From contig DLLG01000004.1 in assembly GCA_002479075.1 (NCBI GenBank), forward strand, positions 373,205 through 437,204: a stretch of 64,000 bases of DNA, in the 5' to 3' direction. Positions 36,211-45,902 of the stretch are shown here, piece after piece; position 1 is the stretch's first letter; the number at the start of each line of letters is the position of its first letter. The DNA comes from Clostridiales bacterium UBA7568 (GTDB taxonomy: Bacteria > Bacillota > Clostridia > Oscillospirales > CAG-272). The translations under genes were made by a program, and so were the position numbers. The notes beneath the pieces were generated by a model. It was not told where the DNA came from. It saw only the letters and a program-made list of their open reading frames with translations, and did not search any database.

Positions 36211-37026
36211 TTATTTTTTGTTTATTCCGAGAAACGACCCGCTTCTGATACATCCGACAGGGCAATTATCTGCGCACACGCCGCACCCGGTGCATTTTTC
36301 CGCATCAACGGAGGCAAGATTGTCACGCACGGTTATCGCCTGTTCGGGGCAGAGCTTTTCGCACTTTTTGCAACCGATACAACCGGCGAGGCACTCCTTG
36401 CGTACAAGCGCGCCCTTTTCTTTATTTGAACAGAGGACGACGGTCTTTGCGACGTCAGGAACGAGCGAAATTATATGCTTCGGGCAGGCACGGACGCACA
36501 GTCCGCAGCCCATACAGAGCGCGGTATTGATATGCGCAATGCCGTTTTCAATGCAGATTGCGTCATTTGCGCAGACAGAGGCGCAGTCGCCGTAGCCGAG
36601 ACAGCCGAAGGCGCATTTTCCGGTTCCGCCGTATAGCTGGTTTGCCGCAGCACAGCTTTCAATGCCCTCGTATATCTCTTTCTTTTCGGTTGCGTTGCAG
36701 TCGCCGCCGCAATATACTATCGCAACCTGCTCGGCGACGTCCTCGTACGCGACCCCAAGCACCTCTGACAGCTTTTTTGCAACGGCATCCGCGCCAGGAA
36801 TGCAGAGGTTGACCTCTGCTTTGCCGTTTGCCAACGCCTCTGCGTAACCGTCGCAGCCTGTGTATCCGCAGGCGCCGCAGTTGACGCCCGGCAGGCACGC
36901 GCGGACAGCTTCTTTCTTTTCATCGACCTTGACAGCCATAAAATGAGAGGCGAGCGCAAGAACGATTCCGCATACAAGCCCGATTCCCGAAACAACGGCA
37001 ACGGCTATGAGAATGTTATATATCAT
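36211..37026 (-). CDS. rnfB: Rnf complex subunit B (ferredoxin-like, multiple 4Fe-4S clusters)
   Basis: N-terminal TM segment, CxxCGxxGC and several CxxCxxCxxxCP motifs. Last gene of the rnfCDGEAB order. Confidence 0.9.
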   Translation of the reverse strand: MIYNILIAVAVVSGIGLVCGIVLALASHFMAVKVDEKKEAVRACLPGVNCGACGYTGCDGYAEALANGKAEVNLCIPGADAVAKKLSEVLGVAYEDVAEQVAIVYCGGDCNATEKKEIYEGIESCAAANQLYGGTGKCAFGCLGYGDCASVCANDAICIENGIAHINTALCMGCGLCVRACPKHIISLVPDVAKTVVLCSNKEKGALVRKECLAGCIGCKKCEKLCPEQAITVRDNLASVDAEKCTGCGVCADNCPVGCIRSGSFLGINKK

Positions 37027-37038
37027 TTGCGCCTCCTT

Positions 37039-37632
37039 TCAGGCAAAGAGATTTTCAACTATCCCCGCAAACCCGAAGAATGAAAGGGAAACGATCGAAG
37101 CGGCGATAAGAGTTGCGGGCAAGCCCTTGAAGCATTCGGGAGCGTCGCAGTTTTCGATGCGTGAACGAACGCCGGAGAAGAGCACCATTGCAAGAAGAAA
37201 TCCGAGCCCGCAGCCAAGAGAACTTACCATTGACTCAACGAAATTATATCCGTCCGAGATGTTCTGAATCGTAACGCCGAGGACGGCGCAGTTTGTCGTT
37301 ATGAGCGGGAGATATATTCCGAGACTTCTATGAAGCGAGGGAATAAACTTTTTCAGCACGATCTCTATGAACTGAACGAGCGCCGCAATGACGAGAATAA
37401 AAACTATTGTTTGCAAATATCCGAGACCGAAACGGTCGAGAACGAACTTTTGTATCGGATAAGTGACGGCTGTCGAAACAAGCATAACAAAGATGACGGA
37501 AAGCCCCATACCTGTTGCCTGATCGAGCTTTTTCGAAACGCCGAGAAACGGACATATGCCGAGGAATTTCGAGAGGACGTAGTTATTGACAAGTACACTT
37601 GACATAAGAATGACGATGAGTGTCTTAAACAT
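37039..37632 (-). CDS. rnfA: Rnf complex subunit A
   Basis: VLVNNYVLSKFLGICPFLGVS signature, 197 aa polytopic. Confidence 0.9.
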   Translation of the reverse strand: MFKTLIVILMSSVLVNNYVLSKFLGICPFLGVSKKLDQATGMGLSVIFVMLVSTAVTYPIQKFVLDRFGLGYLQTIVFILVIAALVQFIEIVLKKFIPSLHRSLGIYLPLITTNCAVLGVTIQNISDGYNFVESMVSSLGCGLGFLLAMVLFSGVRSRIENCDAPECFKGLPATLIAASIVSLSFFGFAGIVENLFA

Positions 37633-38314
37633 TGTTCTCCTCCTTTCCTGAGCAAGAAGAATGCCCGCAAACTCCGGCGGAAGGGCAGCCCTCGCAGCCG
37701 AAATCCTTTTTCTTTATGGCTTTGCCTTTTGTGATTTTGTTGACAACGGCAATGAGAATTCCGAAAACGAGGAAGCCTCCGGGAGCCATTGTCAGTATCG
37801 GGATCGAATAATCGGATATGACGGGTATTTTTATTCCTGCCCAGGTTCCCGAGCCGATTATCTCTCTTATCGATGACATAACAAGCAGGGCGAGGGTAAA
37901 TCCGAGCCCCATCCCGGCGCCGTCCAGCGCCGATTCGCCGACTGTGTGCTCTCTTGCAAACATTTCCGCCCTGCCGAGAATAATGCAGTTTACGACTATG
38001 AGCGCAAGGTATATTCCGAGCAGGTCATAAAGCTCCGGCAGAAATGCGTTCATCAGCATTGAAACAACCGTAACAAAAGCGGCGATTATAACGATATAGC
38101 AAGGAATTCTGACCTTGTCCGGAATGATCTTTCTCATCGCCGAGATAGCCATATTGGAGCAGATGAGAACAGCCGTTGCGGCAAGGCCCATACTGACAGC
38201 ACCGATTACGCTTTTGGTTGTTGCGAGGGTCGGGCAGGTGCCGAGCACGAGCACAAACACCGGGTTTTCGCGGAGAAGTCCGGCAAGAAAAATCGAGAGT
38301 TTGTTCTTTTTCAT
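37625..38314 (-). CDS. rnfE: Rnf complex subunit E, with a Cys-rich C-terminal tail
   Basis: LLRENPVFVLVLGTCPTLATT signature. Tail DFGCEGCPSAGVCGHSSCSG. Confidence 0.9.
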   Translation of the reverse strand: MKKNKLSIFLAGLLRENPVFVLVLGTCPTLATTKSVIGAVSMGLAATAVLICSNMAISAMRKIIPDKVRIPCYIVIIAAFVTVVSMLMNAFLPELYDLLGIYLALIVVNCIILGRAEMFAREHTVGESALDGAGMGLGFTLALLVMSSIREIIGSGTWAGIKIPVISDYSIPILTMAPGGFLVFGILIAVVNKITKGKAIKKKDFGCEGCPSAGVCGHSSCSGKEENNV

Positions 38315-38823
38315 TTTGCCGCTCCTTTCAGGATGTCGAACGCGGAGAGCGCGTCCTTCAGCGCCTTTTTATAGTTTGCCGTTGTCTTTGTTGCTCCGGA
38401 AACGGAATCGACTGAATCGACAGTGCTTCTGTCCGCGCCGAGGAAAAGCTCTCCGTATGTTTTTTCGTTTCCGAGCGTTTCACCGCTTGAGACGCACGTT
38501 GCGCCCGTGATTTTTCCGTTTGAATCAATTCCGCACATTATCGTGAGTCCTGCGGAATAGCCCGTTGTGACGAGCTTGAAAACATAACCGCCGCCGCTCT
38601 CCGAATAAATTTCTTTGATTGTGTCCGCAATGCCGTCCGGCATAGTTTCGAGCTTTCCAAAGTCTTTTCCGTCCGGCATTACGACGAGCAGCGATTTTTC
38701 AACCTTTTCGTTTTCGCTCTTTTCGATGAGCGGTGCCGTAAATGAGTTGACAGCCGCAAGAATTGCGGAGGCAACGAGGCATATGGCAAGCAATACGATT
38801 ACGCTCTTTAAGGAGTCTTTCAT
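38311..38823 (-). CDS. rnfG: Rnf complex subunit G (FMN-binding)
   Basis: N-terminal anchor. VSGATKTT, the flavinylation-type SGAT motif. Confidence 0.85.
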   Translation of the reverse strand: MKDSLKSVIVLLAICLVASAILAAVNSFTAPLIEKSENEKVEKSLLVVMPDGKDFGKLETMPDGIADTIKEIYSESGGGYVFKLVTTGYSAGLTIMCGIDSNGKITGATCVSSGETLGNEKTYGELFLGADRSTVDSVDSVSGATKTTANYKKALKDALSAFDILKGAAK

Positions 38824-39755
38824 ACCTTTTCACCTCCCAAGGGCTTTTTTCTTGTCAGCTTTTCGATATAAGGGGTGAGAATGTTCATAAGGAGAATTGC
38901 ATATGAAACGCCCTCGGGAAGGGAACCCCATATGCGTATGACGGACGTTATAAAGCCCGCACCTATGCCGAACACGACTTTACCGAGGGTGTTTGTCGGA
39001 GTTGTCGAATAGTCTGTTGCCATAAAGATTGCGCCGATGAAAAGTCCGCCGAGGAGGGTATGATAAAGAGCGGTCTTGGGGTCGCCTGTGAAAATGAGTA
39101 TAAATACGAACGTTGATGCGACGAAAGCAACCGGCGTATGCCAGCTGATGACCCGTCTTATCATAAGATAAATCCCGCCGATGACGAGCGCAATCACACA
39201 CGTTTCGCCGATGGCGCCTGCCCTTTTGCCGATGAGCATATCGAGAATCGAGGGAAGCTCTCCCTCCGCCGTTCCTTCAAGAATTACGAGCGGAGTTGCA
39301 GAGGAAACGGCGTCAACGCCTTTCGGCACCGCCGTCGCTGCGACGGTCTTTGAAAAGGCGATTATCATAAATACTCTCGCCGTTACGGCGGGGTTGGCAA
39401 AGTTCTGCCCGATACCGCCGAATATGCATTTGACGATGATTATCGCAAATACCGCACCGACTGCAACCTGCCATAACGGCATTGTCACAGGGAGGCTGAG
39501 CGCAAGGATAAGTCCGGATACGACGGCGCTGAGATCGTAAATTGTAATCTCCCGTTTGCAGACAAGGCAGAACAGAAGCTCGGCAATGACAGCCGCCGCA
39601 ACGCTCGTCAGCATAACGAAAAGCGATCTTATTCCGAATATGATACAGCCTGCAACCGCCGCCGGCACAAGCGCGATTATCACGTCCAACATTATCTTTT
39701 GCGTTGTTACGCGGCTGTGAATATGGGGCGAAACGGATACTTTCAGCTTATTCAT
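38820..39755 (-). CDS. rnfD: Rnf complex subunit D
   Basis: VSPHIHS.. start motif, polytopic, SSATPL segment. Confidence 0.9.
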   Translation of the reverse strand: MNKLKVSVSPHIHSRVTTQKIMLDVIIALVPAAVAGCIIFGIRSLFVMLTSVAAAVIAELLFCLVCKREITIYDLSAVVSGLILALSLPVTMPLWQVAVGAVFAIIIVKCIFGGIGQNFANPAVTARVFMIIAFSKTVAATAVPKGVDAVSSATPLVILEGTAEGELPSILDMLIGKRAGAIGETCVIALVIGGIYLMIRRVISWHTPVAFVASTFVFILIFTGDPKTALYHTLLGGLFIGAIFMATDYSTTPTNTLGKVVFGIGAGFITSVIRIWGSLPEGVSYAILLMNILTPYIEKLTRKKPLGGEKV

Positions 39756-41080
39756 TTTCCGCTTTCCTCCTTTGCTTTTGCCTGTTTCTTTGCAATGTAG
39801 TCACGCAAGGTCGCCTTTGCAAGCTTGTTTGTCTGAACGAGGGGGCGTTTTGCGGGGCAGATATATGAGCAACAGCCGCATTCCATACAGAGGTTGACCT
39901 GCAATTTTTCGAGCAGTTCTCCGTTTTTTGCTTTATAAGCTTTTTCGATCTCCGTCGGTACGAGACCGAGCGGACAATGATTTACGCATCTGCCGCAATG
40001 AATACAAGCCGTTGTCCTCGGAGCGGTTGCGTCTGCTTTGCCGAAGGCAAGAATTGCGTTTGTGTTTTTCAGGACGGGCGAGTCCGGAGATGGAACGGAA
40101 ATTCCCATCATCGGTCCGCCGTAAAGGATTTTTTCCGGCTCTTCCGAAAAGCCGCCGCAGAATTCAAAAACGTCCGCAAGGGAAGTGCCGATCGGAACGA
40201 CGACATTTTGCGGGCTTTTTACGGCTCCGCCGTCAACTGTTACGCATTTTTTGACAAGCGGCATACCTGTTTTTATATAATCCGCAATCTCCGCTGCCGT
40301 TGTGCAGTTGCAGACGATGCACCCGACATCCGCCGGCAGCTTGCCCGCAGGGACGACCTTCCCGGTCGTATTGTATATCAGAACCTTCTCTGCGCCCTGC
40401 GGATATGAGGAGGGCAGAGCTTTTACCGTTATACTGTCGTCGTCTGCCGCCAGATTTTTCATATTCAGAATTGCTTCTTTTTTATTCTTCTCAATGCCGA
40501 TGATGACCTTTCTTATGCCGATGAATTTTTTCATCAGCCCGATGGCTTCAATAATTTCCTCGCCCCTTGAGAGCAGGGTGACGCTGTCACTCGTGATATA
40601 AGGCTCGCATTCCGCTCCGTTTATGATAAGTGTATCGATGCCTTCCTTTGCATCGAGCTTGACGTAAGTCGGAAAGCCGGCGCCGCCGAGGCCGACGATA
40701 CCGCTTGCGCGGACAGCCGAGATAAAGTCTTCTCTTGTGTTTATGACGGGCGGTGTGACACTTTCGTGTCTTTCCATAAGCTCGTCCGATTCTATTGTTA
40801 TTGCCGGAACATATGCTCCGGACGATGTAAGAATGTCTTCGATTTTTTTGACGGTTCCCGATACGCTTGCGTGTACGGGGGAGGAGATGAATCCGCTTTG
40901 CTCGGCAACGAGCTGACCGACCAGAACCCTGTCGCCGACCTTGACAACGGGTACGGCTGGCTTGCCTATATGCATAGAGCAGAGGAGAGTTACGCTTTTC
41001 GGAGGCGGCATTTCCGCAGGCGAGGAGAGATATGTGTTCTTCCTGTGCGGAACGCGGATGCCTTTGAGCATTTTCAACAT
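39752..41080 (-). CDS. rnfC: Rnf complex subunit C
   Basis: GIVGLGGAGFPT (NADH/FMN site) and two CxxCxxCxxxCP ferredoxin motifs. RBS GAGGTG. Confidence 0.9.
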   Translation of the reverse strand: MLKMLKGIRVPHRKNTYLSSPAEMPPPKSVTLLCSMHIGKPAVPVVKVGDRVLVGQLVAEQSGFISSPVHASVSGTVKKIEDILTSSGAYVPAITIESDELMERHESVTPPVINTREDFISAVRASGIVGLGGAGFPTYVKLDAKEGIDTLIINGAECEPYITSDSVTLLSRGEEIIEAIGLMKKFIGIRKVIIGIEKNKKEAILNMKNLAADDDSITVKALPSSYPQGAEKVLIYNTTGKVVPAGKLPADVGCIVCNCTTAAEIADYIKTGMPLVKKCVTVDGGAVKSPQNVVVPIGTSLADVFEFCGGFSEEPEKILYGGPMMGISVPSPDSPVLKNTNAILAFGKADATAPRTTACIHCGRCVNHCPLGLVPTEIEKAYKAKNGELLEKLQVNLCMECGCCSYICPAKRPLVQTNKLAKATLRDYIAKKQAKAKEESGK

Positions 41081-41258
41081 TTTGTCACCTCGTGTTTGAT
41101 GAATATTTGTATTATATTCATTATAACCTATCGGAAAATAAAAGTCAATCCGAAAAATGAGTTATGAGCCGGCAAAACAGTTACCTTGTACTTGTATTTT
41201 TTATCGCATTATGCTAATATGAACAAAAAGATATTATTTTGATTGGAGAGTTTTGAAA

Positions 41259-43328
41259 ATGGATATAAAGGCGGCGAGATTGAAGGCGAAGGAGCTTGTC
41301 GGAAATATGACGGTCGAAGAAAAGGCATCGCAGCTTTTATATAACTCTCCTGCGATAGAGAGGCTCGGAATTCACGAATACAACTGGTGGAACGAAAGCT
41401 CGCACGGTGTTGCAAGATGCGGTACGGCGACCGTTTTTCCCCATTCGATAGGTCTTGCGGCAACGTTTGATCCGGAACTTATATTTGAGGTCGCAGACGT
41501 TATATCAACAGAGGCGAGAGTCAAATTCAATCAGCACGAAAAGCGCGGAGATTATGATATATATAAGGGTCTTACCTTCTGGGCGCCGAATATCAACATA
41601 TTCCGGGATCCGAGGTGGGGCAGAGGACAGGAAACTATGGGTGAGGATCCGTTTCTGACGGCAACCCTTGCATCCGAATACATCAAAGGACTGCAAGGAA
41701 ACGGGGAATTTCTCAAAGCGATAGCTTGCTCAAAGCATTTCGCAGCGCATTCGGGCCCCGAAGGGCTTCGCCACGGGTTCAACGCCGAAGTAAGCGAGCA
41801 CGATCTTTGGGAGACGTACCTCCCCGCTTTCGAAAGGACGGTCAGGAGCGGGGTTCTGGGCGTTATGGGTGCATATAACAGATTGAACGGAGAGCCGTGC
41901 TGCGCAAGCCATACTTTGCTTACAGATATACTGCGCAATAAATGGCATTTTAACGGCTATGTCACCTCCGACTGCGGTGCTCTGAAAGATATGATTACCG
42001 GGCATAAATGCGCCGGCACGTCTGCGGAGGCGGCAGCTATGGCACTCAAGGCGGGGTGTGACCTGAATTGCGGAGACGTGTATTCTGCGCTTATCGACGC
42101 ATACGAGGAGGACTTTATAACAGAAGATGATATAACCCTGGCGGCAGAGCGACTTTTTACAATCCGCTATCTTCTCGGCGAATTCGAAACGCCTCATCCT
42201 TGGAGCGATCTGCCGTATGACCTGCTTGACTGCAAGGCTCACAAGGCGCTGAACCTCAGGACGGCGGAGGAGAGCATCGTTCTTGTTGAGAATAAGGACC
42301 GCTTTTTACCGCTTGATAAAAACGTAAAGAAAATAGCCGTTGTCGGGCCGAATTCTATGTCGGTTTCGGCGCTTGAGGGCAGTTACAACGGCTATGCCTC
42401 GGAATATATAACGGTTGCAGACGGGATCAGGAGAGAATTTCCCGATGCGGATATAAAGGTTGAACGCGGCTGCAGGCTCATTTCCGAAAAACTCTGCGAC
42501 TGGAACGGCTTTTCGAATATGTACAGCGACGGTATCGCCGCCGCGGAAAGCGCGGATGTAACCGTGCTTTGTCTGGGCCTCGATTGCTCTGTCGAGGGGG
42601 AGGAAATACCCGGCGCCACAGGGGATTACCTTGACAGAGGAGACAGGAAGTCGCTCCGCTTGCCGAAACCTCAGCAGAAGCTGGCGGATGCCGTTTGCGA
42701 CGTATGCGAAAATGTTGTCGTTGTGCTTCTCTGCGGAGGGTCGATCGATGTCGGAGAAAAAGTCAGAAAGCACGCAAAGGCAATTCTTTACGGCTGGTAT
42801 CCGGGCGCTGTCGGCGGGTTGGCGATTGCAAGAATACTCTCCGGAAAAGCAAATCCTTGTGGGAAATTGCCGATAACAATATACAAGGGAGACGATGTTC
42901 TTCCGGACTTTTCGGATTATTCGATGAAGGGGAGAACGTATAGATACCTGACTTCCGAGCCGCTTTATCCGTTTGGTTACGGGCTTTCATATACCGAGTT
43001 TGTATATGAGACAACCGAGATTGCTTCGGAGAATGACAGGGAAATTTCGGTTAGGCTCAAAATAAAAAATGCCGGAAAACGCGACGGGACGGAAAAAGTG
43101 CAGGTTTACGCACGCTTTACAGACAGCAGAACGTATACTCCGAATTGTCAGCTTTGCGCTGTTAAGGCGGTGACGCTTGCGGCGGGAGAAAATGCCGAAT
43201 TTGAGCTTTGCATAGATCGTTACTGGCTGAAGGCTGTGCTACAAAACGGCGAAAGAGTCGATCCGGACGGAGAGATAGGGCTTTACATCGGAGGAGACAA
43301 AAACGCTTTTGGAATTCTGAAAAAATAA
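41259..43328 (+). CDS. glycoside hydrolase family 3 (beta-glucosidase / beta-xylosidase-like)
   Basis: ATG 41259 follows GGAGAG. N-terminus MTVEEKASQLL.., FRDPRWGRGQET, and the nucleotide-side segment GYVTSDCGA (Asp nucleophile region). C-terminal Fn3-like domain. Confidence 0.9.
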   Translation: MDIKAARLKAKELVGNMTVEEKASQLLYNSPAIERLGIHEYNWWNESSHGVARCGTATVFPHSIGLAATFDPELIFEVADVISTEARVKFNQHEKRGDYDIYKGLTFWAPNINIFRDPRWGRGQETMGEDPFLTATLASEYIKGLQGNGEFLKAIACSKHFAAHSGPEGLRHGFNAEVSEHDLWETYLPAFERTVRSGVLGVMGAYNRLNGEPCCASHTLLTDILRNKWHFNGYVTSDCGALKDMITGHKCAGTSAEAAAMALKAGCDLNCGDVYSALIDAYEEDFITEDDITLAAERLFTIRYLLGEFETPHPWSDLPYDLLDCKAHKALNLRTAEESIVLVENKDRFLPLDKNVKKIAVVGPNSMSVSALEGSYNGYASEYITVADGIRREFPDADIKVERGCRLISEKLCDWNGFSNMYSDGIAAAESADVTVLCLGLDCSVEGEEIPGATGDYLDRGDRKSLRLPKPQQKLADAVCDVCENVVVVLLCGGSIDVGEKVRKHAKAILYGWYPGAVGGLAIARILSGKANPCGKLPITIYKGDDVLPDFSDYSMKGRTYRYLTSEPLYPFGYGLSYTEFVYETTEIASENDREISVRLKIKNAGKRDGTEKVQVYARFTDSRTYTPNCQLCAVKAVTLAAGENAEFELCIDRYWLKAVLQNGERVDPDGEIGLYIGGDKNAFGILKK

Positions 43329-43332
43329 TCTG

Positions 43333-43372
43333 AAAAAAAGAAGCAACCTTGCGGTTGCTTTCTCGTTTTATT
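43333..43372. terminator. bidirectional terminator between convergent genes
   Basis: aaaaaaag-aagcaacc-ttgc-ggttgctt-tctcgtttta. Confidence 0.75.
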
Positions 43373-43373
43373 T

Positions 43374-44039
43374 TTATTTTTCCGACCTATGCGCCGACCT
43401 GATCTCGCGGTTTATATCGGAGATGCGGTCATAAACTATTGAGCTTTGCGGGATCGGAGTATGGAGGAGGGTGTTTCCGCTCCTGTCTTTTATTTCAAGC
43501 GTATGATACTTGACAAGAACTCCGCCGTTTTCTTCAAGCGCCTTGTCTTCTATCGCAAGCGGAGCAATATCTGAAAATTCGAATACGGAGGAGCCTTCGG
43601 ATTCTTTTTCTTCAACTATCGAAAATGCCTTCTTCTCAACGACGAGCTTCCTTCCGCTCATAAACATACAAGTCGTCATTGCGTTCTTCGGGCGGAACTT
43701 TCCGTCTGTGCCCTTGCGCATAGAAAGGGCGTTTTCGCCTTCGAAAACGTAGTCTGTAAACGTTATGACGGTATCACTTGCGCGGGTTATATTGTATGCG
43801 GCGACGATTTTTTCTTCAAATTCCTTTGCTGTCTTTTCGACCTCGGAATCGACCTCCTCTCCTTTGACCAGACCCTCTCTGTGTATGAAGATGCAGGCAG
43901 CCCCGATGGCGATTATCCCCGCGCCGAATATCCACCACCAGAAGATCGCAAAAAACAGCCCTACTGCGGCAATTCCGATGCCTATATACATAAGCGTGTT
44001 TCCCTGAGTAAAGTATTTGTTTGTTGTTTTGTAATTCAT
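43374..44039 (-). CDS. membrane protein, unknown function
   Basis: Two N-terminal TM segments (YIGIGIAAVGLFFAIFWWWIFGAGIIAIGAACIF) and a soluble C-terminal domain. I recognise no family. Confidence 0.5.
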   Translation of the reverse strand: MNYKTTNKYFTQGNTLMYIGIGIAAVGLFFAIFWWWIFGAGIIAIGAACIFIHREGLVKGEEVDSEVEKTAKEFEEKIVAAYNITRASDTVITFTDYVFEGENALSMRKGTDGKFRPKNAMTTCMFMSGRKLVVEKKAFSIVEEKESEGSSVFEFSDIAPLAIEDKALEENGGVLVKYHTLEIKDRSGNTLLHTPIPQSSIVYDRISDINREIRSAHRSEK

Positions 44040-44283
44040 TTGTCCCTCCGATTTTTTCTCTTGCCAACATTATATCTTTTGTGAGCCCGAAAGTCAATCA
44101 ACTGGTAGTTTTAATCTTATCGAGTGTTAATTGAGATCGCGCCCGGCAGTTGCTTTTCATATATATAGTGTCTGAAAGTTGCTTTCGGTTTGATACTTTT
44201 TATAATTTTTTGCTTTTCCGCGCAACCTTTTTATGCTTTCGGCTTCAATGAGAATTTTCAATGCGCCAAGGTCTGAAAAACAC

Positions 44284-44312
44284 TTGACAATATTCGGCTC
44301 CGATGCTATAAT
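44284..44312 (+). promoter_or_regulatory. consensus promoter of tRNA-Ala
   Basis: TTGACA 44284-44289, 17-nt spacer, TATAAT 44307-44312. Confidence 0.75.
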
Positions 44313-44329
44313 TTTTTTGCGGTTTGTAT

Positions 44330-44405
44330 GGGCCTGTAGCTCAGCTGGGAGAGCGCTGCGTTCGCAACGCAGAGGTCAAGGGTTCGAACCCCTCCAGGTC
44401 CACCA
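44330..44405 (+). tRNA. tRNA-Ala (anticodon CGC), CCA encoded
   Basis: Acceptor gggcctg / caggtcc with the G3-U70 Ala identity pair. Anticodon loop ttCGCaa. T loop ggttcgaacc. Confidence 0.9.
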
Positions 44406-44473
44406 GCGGCAAGTTGCCGCTCCGGCGGGTAGACTTTATTGGGTACTTTATTTAAGAAAGGGCGGCAAATCGA

Positions 44474-44848
44474 ATGGCAAAAGAAATCAATGGTTTCGAG
44501 AACGGGCAAACGACATCGGCAGGGGAAACCGGCATTGATTATTCGGAAAAGACTGTTCGGGAGCTGTTGACTGTGCTTGATGAGAAGATTGCGGTGCTGG
44601 GCGAAGGCGATGTTGCTGTGGCTTTTAATGAAATCGTGTCAATAAAATCCGCTATTGAAGAGAAGATAAACAAGGCGGCTCTCCCGGAGAGGGCGAGCTT
44701 GAACGGGCCTATGGCTTATCTTGATTTGTATATAAATGCTATAAGTCTGCAGCTCGGTATGGCTTTTGTCGATGTCAGACAGTTTCTCGGCTTTTATATT
44801 TCGCAGATGCGTGCAGCTGTTTCGCAGATGGCTGCAATTGTCAGCTGA
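44474..44848 (+). CDS. hypothetical protein (124 aa)
   Basis: ORF followed by a terminator at 44876-44893. No recognisable motif and only a weak SD. Confidence 0.45.
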   Translation: MAKEINGFENGQTTSAGETGIDYSEKTVRELLTVLDEKIAVLGEGDVAVAFNEIVSIKSAIEEKINKAALPERASLNGPMAYLDLYINAISLQLGMAFVDVRQFLGFYISQMRAAVSQMAAIVS

Positions 44849-44872
44849 CTTCAAAAAACGAATACATTATAG

Positions 44873-44900
44873 AAAAACCGCCCTCGGGCGGTTTTTCGTT
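44873..44900. terminator. bidirectional terminator
   Basis: aaaaaccgccc-tcg-ggcggttttt. Confidence 0.75.
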
Positions 44901-44909
44901 ATGGGAAAA

Positions 44910-45803
44910 TCAAATATAGATTTTAAGCGTTTTTTCTATCCAATAAGCAAATTCGGCGTCGGGGAGACGTTTTTCTGCTTTTTTAAGCCGTTTATAAGCG
45001 GGAACGCCATCGATTGGATCGTGCCAGATGTCGGCAAAGACGAAATCATATCCGGAGCTTTCATTCAGACTCTCCGCAAACTCAAAAGCGTCGGCGCGGA
45101 CTATATTTATCTTATCCGACCGAGAAATCTGCGGCAGAACGACTTCTTCAAAAAGGGAAATGACGCTATCGTCCCGCTCGACGACCGTAACCGACGCAAC
45201 ATTCTCCTTTTCCGCCGCCATATACGCAAAATATCCAAGTCCGAGTCCGTACGTCAGGACGTTTCCGTGTGCCCTTTCGATCGGCGCGCGCATTGTGTTT
45301 ATCTCGTTCGGAGTTATCAGCATCCATTCCGTTCCGCCTTCAAGCACGGCGGGATATTCAAATTCTTCATCAAAAAAGCCTATCCGGGGAATGATTCTTC
45401 CGTCGCGCAGGACGAGAGGGTCGTCAAAGACGAACGCCTGATAAGGGGCGTATTTTTTATGGCAAAGCTCCCATTTTCCGAGCTTTTTATCGGGGATTTT
45501 TATGTTTCTGAAATACGGATCGACAGTATAGTCCGATGTGCTCAGAAGGTGAACCATACGGGGAAAGTATTCTTCAAAAATTTCGGCATCTCGCGGACTG
45601 TTCTCTGTATCAAGATCGATTGCCGCTGCGAGGGTGAAGCAATAGGCTTCTTCCTTTGAAACGTCACAGTTGCGGCAGAGGCTCTCTATAAATTCCGGGC
45701 GGATAAAATCGGCTTCGTGATTTATAAAAACGCTGAGCTTTTTGAAAAGTATGCCGTTATATTGCGCGAATTTTTCTCTCTCCGTCATTTTCGGGTCCTC
45801 CAT
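44910..45803 (-). CDS. class I SAM-dependent methyltransferase-fold protein (spermidine-synthase-like)
   Basis: Rossmann motif NVLTYGLGLGYFAYMAA, followed by VTVVERD and VFADIWHD acidic loops. Confidence 0.6.
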   Translation of the reverse strand: MEDPKMTEREKFAQYNGILFKKLSVFINHEADFIRPEFIESLCRNCDVSKEEAYCFTLAAAIDLDTENSPRDAEIFEEYFPRMVHLLSTSDYTVDPYFRNIKIPDKKLGKWELCHKKYAPYQAFVFDDPLVLRDGRIIPRIGFFDEEFEYPAVLEGGTEWMLITPNEINTMRAPIERAHGNVLTYGLGLGYFAYMAAEKENVASVTVVERDDSVISLFEEVVLPQISRSDKINIVRADAFEFAESLNESSGYDFVFADIWHDPIDGVPAYKRLKKAEKRLPDAEFAYWIEKTLKIYI

Positions 45804-45861
45804 TAAAAACTTCTGATTATATTATAACGGGCTGCCTGCGTTTCTGCAATACAAATGCGAA

Positions 45862-45900
45862 AAATTAAAGAGCAAAAGCCGATCGGCTTTTGCTCTTTTT
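45862..45900 (-). terminator. terminator of the TetR / acyltransferase / ligase operon
   Basis: Palindromic stem aaagagcaaaagcc-gatc-ggcttttgctcttt with flanking A and T runs. Confidence 0.75.
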
Positions 45901-45902
45901 GT

